From Candidatus Eiseniibacteriota bacterium (GTDB lineage: Bacteria; Eisenbacteria; RBG-16-71-46; JABDJR01), in NCBI GenBank assembly GCA_963762255.1, contig CAVXKA010000001.1:192001-256000 (forward strand): DNA of 64,000 nt, in the 5' to 3' direction. Below the pieces are notes generated by a model. It saw nothing but the letters and a program-made list of their open reading frames with translations, was not told where the DNA came from and did no database searches. Positions 40,002 through 50,314 of this stretch are shown in pieces. Position 1 is the first letter of the stretch, and each line of letters opens with the position of its first letter. The position numbers were made by a program, and so were the translations under genes.

Positions 40002-42692
40002 ATGGCATTGTCGCACCGTCCCGAGGACGAGCCCTCCGCCGAGCTAGATCGCGTCGAGACCCAGGAGTGGCTCGAGTCCCTCGACTACGTGATTCAGTCC
40101 GGGAGCGAGGAGCGGGTGGTCCGGCTCCTGCGCCGCCTGCAACGCCGCGCGGCGGAGTTCGGCATCGCGCTCCCCTTCACCGCCAACACCCCCTACATCA
40201 ACACGATCCCTCGTCACGAGCAGCCGCGCTTCCCCGGCAACCGCGAGATCGAGCGGCGCATCAAGAGCCTGCTGCGCTGGAACGCGATGGCGATGGTGGT
40301 GCGCGCCAACCGCGAGTCGCCCGGCATCGGCGGGCACATCTCCACCTATGCCTCCGCGGCTACACTCTTCGAGATCGGCTTCAACCACTTCTTCCGCGGC
40401 AAGGATCACGAGTCGGGCGGCGACCAGGTCTACTTTCAGGGTCACGCCTCCCCCGGCATCTACGCGCGTGCGTTCCTGGAGGGGCGCATCACGGAGGGCC
40501 AGCTCGAAAACTTCCGCCGCGAGCTTCGCCCGGAAGGAGGGCTCTCCTCCTATCCGCACCCATGGCTCATGCCGAATTTCTGGGAGTTCCCGACGGTCTC
40601 GATGGGGCTCGCACCCATCACCGCGATCTATCAGGCGCGCTTCAACCGCTATCTCGAGGACCGCGGGCTCATCGAGCGTTCGGGAAAGGTGTGGGCGTTC
40701 CTCGGCGACGGCGAGCTGGACGAGCCGGAAGCGCTGGGCGCGATCACCCTCGCCTCGCGCGAGAGACTCGACAATCTGATCTTCGTGGTGAACTGCAACC
40801 TGCAGCGCCTCGACGGGCCGGTCCGCGGCAACGGCAAGATCATCCAGGAGCTCGAGGCGAACTTCCGCGGCGCGGGCTGGAACGTCATCAAGGTCATCTG
40901 GGGAAGCGACTGGGATCGTCTCCTGGCGCAGGACACCGAGGGCGTGCTGGTGGACCGCATGGAGTCCGCGGTGGACGGGCGACTACCAGAAGTACATCGG
41001 TGGAGGCCGGCGCCTACATCCGCGAGCACTTCTTCGGCACCGACCCGCGGCTCTCCGCGATGGTGGCGGATCTGACCGACGAGGAGATCCGCAAGCTCCG
41101 CCGCGGCGGCCACGATCCGGAGAAGGTCTACGCGGCGTACAAGGCCGCGGTCGAGCACACCGGCTCGCCCACCGTCATCCTGGCCAAGACGATCAAGGGC
41201 TACGGCCTCGGCGAGGCGGGCGAAGGAAAGAACATCACCCACCAGCAGAAGAAGCTCAACGAGGAGGAGCTGCGCGAGTTCCGCTCGCGCTTCGGCATCC
41301 CGATCTCGGACGAGGACGTGGCGCAGGCGCCCTTCTATCGCCCGGCCGAGGACAGCCCGGAGATGCGCTACCTCCACGAGCGGCGCGAAGTCGCTCGGCG
41401 GGTATCTCCCCGAGCGGCGCGAGCGCGCACCCAAGCTGGAGATGCCCCCCGCGGACATCTTCGCGGAGTTCACTGGAGCGGGCGAGGAGACGCGACATGG
41501 CCACCACCATGGCCGTTCGTCCGCATGATCGCCAAGCTCCTGCGCGACAAGAGCGTCGGCAAGCTCATCGTGCCGATCGTCCCCGACGAGGCGCGCACCT
41601 TCGGCATGGAGGCGCTCTTCCGCCAGGTCGGCATCTACTCGCACGTCGGGCAGCAATACGAGCCGGTGGACTCGCGAAACGCTCCTCTATTACAAGGAAG
41701 CCACCGACGGACAGATCCTGGAGGAGGGAATCACCGAGGCGGGCTCGATGTCCTCGTTCATCGCCGCCGGCACCGCCTACGCCACGCACGGCGTGAACAC
41801 GATCCCGTTCTTCCTCTTCTACTCGATGTTCGGCTTCCAGCGGATCGGCGATCTCATCTGGGCCGCGGCCGACATGCGCTGCCGGGGGTTCCTCATCGGC
41901 GCCACCGCCGGCCGCACCACGCTGGCCGGCGAAGGGCTACAGCACCAGGACGGCCACAGCCAGCTCCTGGCCTATCCGAACCCCAACGTGCACGCCTACG
42001 ATCCCGCGTTCGCGTACGAGCTGGCGGTGATCGTGTACGAGGGGATCCGCCGGATGTACGTGGAGCAAGAGCCCCGCTTCTACTATCTCACCGTGGGCAA
42101 CGAGGTCTATCAGCAGCCGCCCATGCCGCCGGGGGTGGAGGAAGGGATCCTACGCGGTCTCTATCGATTCAAGCCCTCGGCCAAGAGGGCCAAGAAGAAG
42201 CGCGTCCACCTTTTCGGCAGCGGCGCGCTGATGCCCGAGGTGCTCAAGGCCCAGGAGATGCTTGAGAAGCAGTACGGAGTGGCCGCCGACGTGTGGAGCG
42301 CGACGAGCTACAAGGAGCTGGTGCACGATGTGCTCGAGGTGGAGCGGTGGAATCGACTCCACCCCGACTCGGAGCCGCGCCGGCCGTATATCCGCGAGGT
42401 GCTGGGTGACGAGGCGGTACCGGTGGTGGCGGTCTCCGACTATGTGCGGCCGCTCCCCTACTCGCTCTCCCGATGGATCCCCGGCGAGTTCACCGCCCTC
42501 GGCACCGAAGGTTTCGGCCGCAGTGAAGCCCGCGCCGACCTGCGCGACTTCTTCGAGGTGGATCACCGCTACACGGTGCTGGCCGCCCTCTCCGCGCTCG
42601 CGCGCAACGGCGACGTGGAGCGCGAGGTGCCGGCCAAGGCGCTCAAAGACCTCGGGATCTCGCCCGACAAGAAGAACCCGTTGAGTTCATAG
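40002..42692 (+). CDS. aceE: Pyruvate dehydrogenase E1 (homodimeric type), with several +1 frameshifts in ~40975-41680
   Basis: [27 protein letters not shown]...[20 protein letters not shown] and GEGLQHQDG, spread over alternating frames. Confidence 0.93.
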
Positions 42693-42709
42693 CAAAGGGA
42701 AATCCCAAG

Positions 42710-44113
42710 ATGTCCAAGGAAATCAAGCTGCCCGAGCTGGGCGAGAACATCGCCGGCGCGCAGGTGCTCTCGGTGCTGGTGTCCCCCGGGGATCGCATCG
42801 AGAAGGACCAAGCGATCATCGAGATCGAGACCGACAAGGCGACCGCCGAGGTGCCGTCGGAGTCGGCGGGGGTCGTGCGCGAGATCAAGGTCAAGGAGGG
42901 CGACCAGATCAAGGTCGGCCAGGCCATCCTCGTGATCGACGAGCAAGGGAACGGAGCGGGGGCGAAGGCCGAGGCCGTATTGCCTCAACCCGCGGCCGCG
43001 CCTCCCCGCGCCCCGGCACCGGCCGTTGTGACTCCGACCGCGGGCCCCCCGCCGCCGCCTCCACAGGCCGCCGCACCTCCTCCGGCTCCCGTAGCTGCCC
43101 AGCGCGCGCCAACCGCCCCGCCCGCGGCAGAGCGTCCGCCGCTGCGGCTCACCCCCACACCCGCCGATGCGCTTCCCGCATCGCCCGCCGCGCCCTCGGT
43201 GCGCCGGCTCGCCCGCGAGTTGGGGATCGACGTGAACGACGTGCCGGGCGTGGGCCCCGACGGTCGCATTTCGCTCGAAGACGTGAAAGCCTATGCGCGC
43301 CAGATCCTCTCGGGCGCAGCCCCCACCCTCGAAGATCGCGGCGCGCCGCGTGTCTCGACCGCGCCGGCCGCGGCGTTCTCGATCCCCGACCTCCCCGACT
43401 TCTCGAGGTTCGGCGAGGTGGAGCGCGTCACCACCAACAAGGTGCGCAAGGTGACCGCCGAGACGATGGCGCTCTCCTGGAACGTCATCCCGCACGTCAC
43501 CCAGTTCGACCGCGCCGACATCACGGATCTGGAACCCTGGCGAGCGCGCTACGCGCCGCGCGTGGAAGCGGCCGGCGGTAAGCTCACCGTCACCGCGATC
43601 ACGGTCAAGGTGGTGGCGTCGGCGCTCAAGGTCTTCCCCAAGTTCAACGCGAGCTACGACCACCGCGAGCAGGAACTGGTGCTCAAGAAGTACGTGAACG
43701 TCGGGGTGGCGGTGGACACGGAGCACGGACTCCTGGTGCCGGTGATCCGCGATGCCGACCGCAAGAACATCACCGCGATCGCGGTGGAGCTGGCGGAACT
43801 CTCCGAGAAGTCCCGCACCCGCAAGATCGCGCTCGACGATCTCCAGGGCGCCAACTTCAACATCTCGAACCTGGGCGGGCTCGGCACGACCTACTTCTCG
43901 CCGATCGTGGCCTGGCCGCAGGTGGCGGTCCTGGGCATGGGCCGGGCGAACGTCGAAGCGGTCTATCGTGACGGCGCGTTCGTGCCGCGCACGATCCTGC
44001 CGCTGGCGGTCTCTTACGATCACCGGGCGGTGGATGGCGCCGACTGCGCGCGTTTTCTGCGCTGGATCGCCGAGGCGATGGAGCAGCCGCTGCTGCTGGC
44101 GCTCGAGGGTTAG
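42710..44113 (+). CDS. aceF: Dihydrolipoamide acetyltransferase E2, single lipoyl domain
   Basis: ETDKA lipoyl motif, Pro/Ala linker, E3-binding PSVRRLARELG and DHRAVDG. Confidence 0.95.
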   Translation: MSKEIKLPELGENIAGAQVLSVLVSPGDRIEKDQAIIEIETDKATAEVPSESAGVVREIKVKEGDQIKVGQAILVIDEQGNGAGAKAEAVLPQPAAAPPRAPAPAVVTPTAGPPPPPPQAAAPPPAPVAAQRAPTAPPAAERPPLRLTPTPADALPASPAAPSVRRLARELGIDVNDVPGVGPDGRISLEDVKAYARQILSGAAPTLEDRGAPRVSTAPAAAFSIPDLPDFSRFGEVERVTTNKVRKVTAETMALSWNVIPHVTQFDRADITDLEPWRARYAPRVEAAGGKLTVTAITVKVVASALKVFPKFNASYDHREQELVLKKYVNVGVAVDTEHGLLVPVIRDADRKNITAIAVELAELSEKSRTRKIALDDLQGANFNISNLGGLGTTYFSPIVAWPQVAVLGMGRANVEAVYRDGAFVPRTILPLAVSYDHRAVDGADCARFLRWIAEAMEQPLLLALEG

Positions 44114-44152
44114 TCACCGGCGCCGCGTAGCGCCGCAGGGAGATCGCTCCGC

Positions 44153-45565
44153 ATGTCCACCACGCAAAGCGCGCAACTCGTTGTGCTCGGCGCCGGCCCC
44201 GGAGGCTACGCCGCCGCATTCCTCGCTGCCGACCTCGGCATGGAGGTCGTGCTGGTCGACCTCGAGCCCAACCCGGGCGGGGTCTGCCTCTATCGCGGCT
44301 GCATCCCCTCGAAGGCGCTCCTCCACGTGGCCAAGCTCATCACCGAGTCGCGCGAGGCCGCGCACTGGGGCGTCCACTTCGAGCCTCCGCGCGTGGACCT
44401 GCCCCGCCTGCGCGCCTGGAAGGACGAGGTCGTCGGCAAGCTGACCGGCGGATTGGGTGAACTCGCCAAGCGCCGGAAGATCCAATACGTGCGGGGGCGC
44501 GGTCATTTCGAAGGGCCGAACATGCTGGCGGTGGGCGGCGCCGACGGCTCTCGCATCGCGTTCCAGCACGCCATCCTGGCCACGGGATCCAGCGCCGCCA
44601 CGCTACCGGGGATCGAAGCCGGCGGGCGCATCATGAACTCGAGCGCGGCGCTCAAGCTCGAAGAGATCCCCGAGACGCTTCTGATCGTGGGCGGTGGGTA
44701 CATCGGGCTCGAACTCGGCTCCGTCTATGCGGCGCTGGGGAGCCGCGTCACGGTGGTCGAACTCACCGGCACTCTGCTTCCCGGCGCGGACGCCGATCTG
44801 GTGCGCCCGCTGGCGCGGCGACTGGAGGGCGCGTTCGCGGCGATCCACCTCAACACCAAGGTGACGTCGATGAAAGAAACCGGAAGCGGCGTGAGGGTGA
44901 CCCTCGACGGCGAAGCGGTGAAGGATCGCGACCAGACCTTCGATCGCGTGCTGGTGTCGGTGGGACGCAAGCCCAACTCCGCCAACCTGGGTCTCGATCG
45001 CACGCGCGTGGAGGTGAGCCCGCAGGGATTCGTGCAGGTGGACCGGCAGCTTCGCACGGCGGAGCCTTCCATCTTCGCCATCGGGGACGTGGTGGGCCAG
45101 CCGATGCTCGCCCACAAGGCCTCGCACGAGGGACGCACTGCCGTGCAGGCCATCGCAGGCCGCAACGTGGAGTTCTCGCCGGCGGCGATTCCAGCCGTGG
45201 TGTTCACCGATCCCGAGATCGCCTGGTGTGGGCTGACGGAAACCGAGGCCAAGGCGTCGGGGCGCAAGGTGGAGATCGCGCGGTTCCCGTGGGCGGCCTC
45301 GGGGCGCGCCACTACGCTCGACCGCTCCGACGGCGTCTCGAAGCTGTTGGTGGATCCCGAGACCGAACGCATCCTCGGCGTGGGTCTCTGCGGCCCGGGC
45401 GCGGGCGAGTTGATCGCCGAGGGCGTGCTCGCGATCGAGATGGGGGCGACGGTCGAGGATCTCGATCTCACGATTCATCCGCATCCGACGCTGTCGGAGA
45501 CCCTGATGGAGGCCGCCGCGTCGTTCTTCGGCACGAGCACGCACGTCTACAAGCCGAAGCGGTAG
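44153..45565 (+). CDS. lpdA: Dihydrolipoamide dehydrogenase E3
   Basis: GAGPGG, GGVCLYRGCIPSK, GGGYIGLE and HPHPTLSE. Confidence 0.97.
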   Translation: MSTTQSAQLVVLGAGPGGYAAAFLAADLGMEVVLVDLEPNPGGVCLYRGCIPSKALLHVAKLITESREAAHWGVHFEPPRVDLPRLRAWKDEVVGKLTGGLGELAKRRKIQYVRGRGHFEGPNMLAVGGADGSRIAFQHAILATGSSAATLPGIEAGGRIMNSSAALKLEEIPETLLIVGGGYIGLELGSVYAALGSRVTVVELTGTLLPGADADLVRPLARRLEGAFAAIHLNTKVTSMKETGSGVRVTLDGEAVKDRDQTFDRVLVSVGRKPNSANLGLDRTRVEVSPQGFVQVDRQLRTAEPSIFAIGDVVGQPMLAHKASHEGRTAVQAIAGRNVEFSPAAIPAVVFTDPEIAWCGLTETEAKASGRKVEIARFPWAASGRATTLDRSDGVSKLLVDPETERILGVGLCGPGAGELIAEGVLAIEMGATVEDLDLTIHPHPTLSETLMEAAASFFGTSTHVYKPKR

Positions 45566-45571
45566 CGGTCG

Positions 45572-45882
45572 GCGTGGTGCTGCGGCTTCACTCGGCGTCG
45601 CCGTGCGTGCTCGCGAACCGGTCCCGCTAAAGCGCCCGTCCGATGCGCGCGCACGGCGAACCCCTCGCTCACCGCAGCGCACACGGCGGCAGCCCATTCG
45701 CGGCGAGCACGGGCAGAATGCTCACCCGGGTGAGCATCTTGCGCGTATGAGTCGGCCGGGCGGACTCGCGGTCCGCGCAGACGCGGCGCGTAGCGGGTCG
45801 CCCGTCGACCGCAGTCCGAAGGGCCGCGAAGCGGGGGCCCCTTCGGCGAGGGCGACGGGCGAGACGCGAAGCGCCGCGCGCC
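45572..45882. repeat. Compact copy of the structured element: module A, palindrome, hairpin, module B
   Basis: A at 45582-45660, ATGCTCACCCGGGTGAGCAT at 45718-45737, degenerate GAGTC..GACTC hairpin at 45749-45767, B at 45792-45861. Same order as the reverse complement of 634-3333. Confidence 0.9.
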
Positions 45883-45883
45883 T

Positions 45884-47170
45884 CTACGTCCTCTTGATCA
45901 CCACCAGCGTCCGGTCGTCCGACCGCGCCCGCGCTCCCGTGTGCGCGTTGACCGCGTCGAGGATGCGCGCCACCATCTCGGCAGCCGGTGCCTCGCGATG
46001 GCCGGCCACCACGGAAACCATGCGGGGCACACCGAACTCGCGGTCGTCGGCGTCGAGCGCCTCGGTGATCCCGTCCGAGTAGAGAAGCAGAACCTCCCCC
46101 GCGCGAATCTCGGCGGAACCCTCCGGAATGGTCACCTTCGGCAGGATCCCGAGCACGAGCCCTCCGATGTCCAGCACGGCATGACTCCCGTTGGCCCCGA
46201 AGAGAACCGGGTGCTCGTGTCCCGCGTTGGCGTAGCAGAGCCGGTGCCGGCCGGTGTCCAGGATGCCGAAGAAGCAGGTCGCGAATTTCTCGCTGTCGGT
46301 GCTGTGGTAGAGGATCGTATTGGAACGATGCAGGCACTCCGAGGGAGACGCGTTCATGAGCGTCTGCCCGCGCACGGTGGCCTGAAGGCTCGCCATGAGG
46401 AGCGCGGCCGGCATCCCCTTGCCGGATACGTCGCCGAGGCACACCGCAAGCCGCCCGTCCTCCATGGGGATGAAATCGAAGTAGTCCCCGCCGACTCCCA
46501 TCGCGGGCAGGCTCGTGCCGGCGATGTCGTACCCCGGGCAATTGGGAGGATGCTTGGGGAGCAGGTTGGCCTGGATGTCCAGCGCCAGCCGCAACTCCTC
46601 CTGCATGCGGATCATGGTCTCCTGCTCTTCGATCCGCTTCTGGTTGAGCGCATAGTTCTCGAGCGAGATGGCGGCCTGCGACGCCAGGGCGTTGGCCAGC
46701 TTCAAATCCCCGGCGGTGAACATGTCGTCGACGTCGCGCCTTCCCGCGCAGAGCACGCCGTAGACCGTGCTCTCGGTCCTCAGCAGCGCGCAGAGAAACG
46801 AATCGGGAAGATCGTCGCGGACCACCCCCAACTCGGCCGCGAGACCGTAGAACATCCGCGATTTCCCGGAAGCGACAAGCTCTCCCACCACCGACTCCTG
46901 CAGGAATCCCACAAGCTCCTCGGGCGCTCCCTCGCGGACCGGCGCGAACTTACCGATCCCCTCACCGGCTGGAATGAGCCAACCCATATCGGCGGCAAAT
47001 ATGTCCATCGCCTCCCGCAGCACCATCTCCATGTTCCGCTGGACATCGAGGGAGGTGGCCAAGCGCCGGGTCAGGCGGTAAATCAGGTCCAGTTCCTCGT
47101 AACATTCGAGGAGATTCCTGGTGAGGCTCTCGATGGTCTTGGCGGTCCCGTCCGCCTTCTCCTTGTCCAT
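45884..47170 (-). CDS. GAF plus PP2C (RsbU/SpoIIE-like) phosphatase
   Basis: VGGDYFD, GDVSGKGMPAAL, ANAGH, YSDGITEA and DDRT; N-terminal GAF ending FTAGDLKL. Confidence 0.93.
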   Translation of the reverse strand: MDKEKADGTAKTIESLTRNLLECYEELDLIYRLTRRLATSLDVQRNMEMVLREAMDIFAADMGWLIPAGEGIGKFAPVREGAPEELVGFLQESVVGELVASGKSRMFYGLAAELGVVRDDLPDSFLCALLRTESTVYGVLCAGRRDVDDMFTAGDLKLANALASQAAISLENYALNQKRIEEQETMIRMQEELRLALDIQANLLPKHPPNCPGYDIAGTSLPAMGVGGDYFDFIPMEDGRLAVCLGDVSGKGMPAALLMASLQATVRGQTLMNASPSECLHRSNTILYHSTDSEKFATCFFGILDTGRHRLCYANAGHEHPVLFGANGSHAVLDIGGLVLGILPKVTIPEGSAEIRAGEVLLLYSDGITEALDADDREFGVPRMVSVVAGHREAPAAEMVARILDAVNAHTGARARSDDRTLVVIKRT

Positions 47171-47175
47171 GCCGA

Positions 47176-47547
47176 TTACGGTTCTCCGAGGACTTCCTGC
47201 AGCTTGGCTCTCATCTTTCGGGGGCTGAACGGTTTGGTCATGAACTCGTCCGCCCCCATTTCCATGGCCCGGCGCTCATCCTCTTCCTGCCCGCGCGCGG
47301 TGAGCATGACGATGTAGGCGCCCTTCGTATCCGGATCCTCTTTGAGCTGACGGCAGACCTCCTGCCCGGAAAGACGCGGCATCATGATGTCGAGAAAGAT
47401 GAGGTCCGGGCGCTCCCGACGCGCCGTGGTCAGCGCCTCCACCCCATCCTCGGCCACCGCCACCTCGTAACCGGCCTTGCGCACCACGTAGGATACCGAT
47501 TCGACGATGTAGGGCTCGTCGTCGCAGACCAACACCTTCTTAGTCAT
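47176..47547 (-). CDS. Single-domain response regulator (receiver only)
   Basis: VLVCDDE, LDIMMP, MLTA and KPF; start at ATG 47547. Confidence 0.93.
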   Translation of the reverse strand: MTKKVLVCDDEPYIVESVSYVVRKAGYEVAVAEDGVEALTTARRERPDLIFLDIMMPRLSGQEVCRQLKEDPDTKGAYIVMLTARGQEEDERRAMEMGADEFMTKPFSPRKMRAKLQEVLGEP

Positions 47548-50020
47548 GCCGTTCCTCCTCCCGAGGGGCGCGCCAACCGGGGGCGAGAGCATGGGTGCTC
47601 TCCACGTCCTCCGGCTCTTCGCGAGCGTCGTCCTCCGCCACCGGCAGGGTGAAATGGAAGGTCGCTCCGTTGCCGGGCACGCTTTCCGCCCAGATCCGTC
47701 CGCCGTGATGATCCACGATTTCCTTGCTGATGGCGAGCCCCAGCCCGGTTCCGCCCCGCGCCCGGGTATCGGAGGCATCTACCTGGGAGAACCGGTCGAA
47801 GATCTTTTCCAGATGGCCAGGGGGAATGCCGCACCCCTCGTCACGGACCGAAACCCGCACGCGAGGCGTGCCGTTGCCCTCGAGCGGCTCCATGGCGCAG
47901 TCGATCCAGATGCGGCCGTCGTGCTCGCTGAACTTCACCGCGTTCTCGAGCAGGTTGGTGACAACCTCCTGGATGCGATCCCGGTCCACGCGCACCCGCG
48001 CGTCGGGGCAATCGTGCCGCCGAATCACGTCCAGGTTCTTCTCCTGGAAGGCCGGAATGAGCGAGTCCACCGCGGCCTCGACCACGTCCTTGAGCGGGAA
48101 CACGGAAATCCGCCAGACCATCCGCCCCGACTCCAGGCGCGACATGTTGAGCAGGTTCTTGATGAGACGTCCCAGCCGGTCGCTCTCGGCGTTGATGATG
48201 CCGAGGAACCGGCGGATCTGGGGGGACTCCTCTTCCGGCTCGACCTCGTCGAGGAGAATCTCCGAGAACGCCTTGATCGAAGTCAGCGGGGTGCGGAACT
48301 CGTGCGAGACGGTGGCAAGGAATTGCGACTTGAGCCGGTCCAGTTCCTTGAGTTCCTGGTTGGCGGTTTCCAGCGCCGCGTTGAGCGAGCGGAGTTCGCG
48401 GGTGCGTTCGTGTACCCGGTCCTCCAGGGTGCGGTTGAGCGCCTCCAGCTCCCGGGCCGCCTTCTCCCGAAGGGCGATGCTCTCGCGCAGGGAGGCGGTC
48501 ATCGCGTTGAAGGCCTCTCCCAGCGTCTGGATCTCATCGTGCGTCTGAACCCGGATCGCGTGGCTGAGGTTGCCCGTCTGGATCTCCCGCGCCCCCACCG
48601 TCAGCTCTTGGATCGAATGCGAGATCCGACCGCTGGAATAGAGAAGGACCGTGAACGCGAAGAGGATGGCGAGCAGGGCCACGGTGAGATTGATCACCCC
48701 CGCCGTTCGCGCCTCGGTTTCGAACTCACGGGGCACCGCGGTCGCGAAGACGACCCAGGGTACCTCACTCACTCTCTCCGCCGACGCCAGTCGCTTCCCG
48801 GAGTCGCCGGGGAGTCTCGTCCAGGGCTCGGGGACGGGATCGTCCTCACCGTGGGCCTCCACCAGATCGGCCAGCCGGGAATCGGCCTGCTGGATGTTCC
48901 GCCCGGAAAGCTCGGGACGCGTATGAAAGAGGATCTCGCCGTCATCGCTCCCGACCACGGCCAGCTCCCCCTTGGATCCGAAACGCTCCGCGGCGAGATC
49001 CTCCGGGAAGAGGTGCTTCAACCGCACGTTGGCCACCAGGGTGCCCAGTCGATCCCCATCCACCTCTGTGGAGTAGATGGGCATCACCAAGCGAAGGGAG
49101 CGAGGGCCTCCGGGAGCCATGCGATCGGTGAAGAGAAGATAGTCGCCGTCCTCGAGATCTTCCCCCTGCCCTACCGCCCGACGATCGGCCTCGGTGAATA
49201 CCGCCTTGTTGGGCAGGGCTCGGACAAGCCCCGGGGGGGAGAACCATGCATCGGATCCGGGCTCTTCCGGCGGGACAGGGTCGGACTCCGCCAAGGCCGG
49301 TAGCGCGCGGAAGACGATGGCCAGTTCCTCGGAAAGCTCATCCGGCTGGATGGTCACTTGGAGTTCCTGGAGGAGGCTATCCTGTGTCGCGTGGAGCCGT
49401 TCGACCTCACTCCGGCTCCACTTGGACCCAAGCTGCTTGCCAAGCTCCTCGATCCGCTTGCTCAGACGCTTGCTGACAACAGCCTGCTGCTTGAGCCGCT
49501 CGTTCAGGCGCTCGGAGTCGGCGATGACGACGGCACGGGGAGCGGCTGGAACAGGCGGCACCGGAGCCACCGCCGCCCATGCCGCCTCAGGGGTAGTGAG
49601 GATCCCCGCCGCGCCCTCGCTACGACTGTAGTGAAAGACCAGGTCCCCTCGAGCGTCGGCCAGGATTACCCCGTCGTAGTAGTTCGCATACTCCTTGAAC
49701 AGGTCCCCCAGGTAGCCCTCGAGGACGGAGTACGCCTTCATCTGACCGGCCGTGTCGCCGGCGTCGACAGCGCCGAGGAAATCCTGCACCGGTCGGTTCA
49801 CGACGAGTATGCGGTCGTTGACCCGTCGCTCCAGCTTGGCGGACAACTGCTCGGCGACTTCTTCGGAGAGCCGCTCGGTGCGGTTCCCCACCATCTCCTC
49901 CACAGCCTTGAGCGAATTGAAGTATGCGAGAAGGCTGACGAGGGCGATCGGGAGCAGGCCGGCTACGGCGAAGAGGGCGAGGAGTTTGGCGCGAATGGAG
50001 GGAAGTCGAAGAATCTGCAT
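47540..50020 (-). CDS. Sensor histidine kinase (Cache-like periplasmic domain, HAMP, HisKA, HATPase)
   Basis: Two TMs, HAMP (DEIQTLGEAFNAM), SHEFRTPL, NLLENAVKF, DEGCGI and GGTGLGL. Confidence 0.94.
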   Translation of the reverse strand: MQILRLPSIRAKLLALFAVAGLLPIALVSLLAYFNSLKAVEEMVGNRTERLSEEVAEQLSAKLERRVNDRILVVNRPVQDFLGAVDAGDTAGQMKAYSVLEGYLGDLFKEYANYYDGVILADARGDLVFHYSRSEGAAGILTTPEAAWAAVAPVPPVPAAPRAVVIADSERLNERLKQQAVVSKRLSKRIEELGKQLGSKWSRSEVERLHATQDSLLQELQVTIQPDELSEELAIVFRALPALAESDPVPPEEPGSDAWFSPPGLVRALPNKAVFTEADRRAVGQGEDLEDGDYLLFTDRMAPGGPRSLRLVMPIYSTEVDGDRLGTLVANVRLKHLFPEDLAAERFGSKGELAVVGSDDGEILFHTRPELSGRNIQQADSRLADLVEAHGEDDPVPEPWTRLPGDSGKRLASAERVSEVPWVVFATAVPREFETEARTAGVINLTVALLAILFAFTVLLYSSGRISHSIQELTVGAREIQTGNLSHAIRVQTHDEIQTLGEAFNAMTASLRESIALREKAARELEALNRTLEDRVHERTRELRSLNAALETANQELKELDRLKSQFLATVSHEFRTPLTSIKAFSEILLDEVEPEEESPQIRRFLGIINAESDRLGRLIKNLLNMSRLESGRMVWRISVFPLKDVVEAAVDSLIPAFQEKNLDVIRRHDCPDARVRVDRDRIQEVVTNLLENAVKFSEHDGRIWIDCAMEPLEGNGTPRVRVSVRDEGCGIPPGHLEKIFDRFSQVDASDTRARGGTGLGLAISKEIVDHHGGRIWAESVPGNGATFHFTLPVAEDDAREEPEDVESTHALAPGWRAPREEERHD

Positions 50021-50044
50021 TGGGGGTCCGATGAAGATGGCCCG

Positions 50045-50314
50045 CTACAAGAATGACACAGCTTCCCCCCGGTTGTCAGTCTCGAAGCTCGCACTCAGGA
50101 GCATCGACTTCCCGGCGCGGATCACGCGGAGGAGAGCCAGGGTGAAGTCCTTGAGCACCTTCACCGGCACCAGGACCACGTCCACCGGGATTTCGATTCC
50201 GGGCACACCCGCCGCGGCACGCCCGCGGATCCCGCCGAATGCGAACGAAACCGACAAGAAGAAGATGACCGTAACGACGAGCACGACCTTGCCGAGTCGC
50301 AGAAAACCGTTCAT
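50045..50314 (-). CDS. Small membrane/secreted hypothetical protein
   Basis: GGAGG RBS, ATG overlapping the upstream stop (ATGA) and a hydrophobic N-terminus. Confidence 0.6.
   Translation of the reverse strand: MNGFLRLGKVVLVVTVIFFLSVSFAFGGIRGRAAAGVPGIEIPVDVVLVPVKVLKDFTLALLRVIRAGKSMLLSASFETDNRGEAVSFL

Noticed and set aside
42950-43190. Low-complexity GC-rich stretch in aceF
   Set aside because: Ordinary Pro/Ala linker of E2 subunits.
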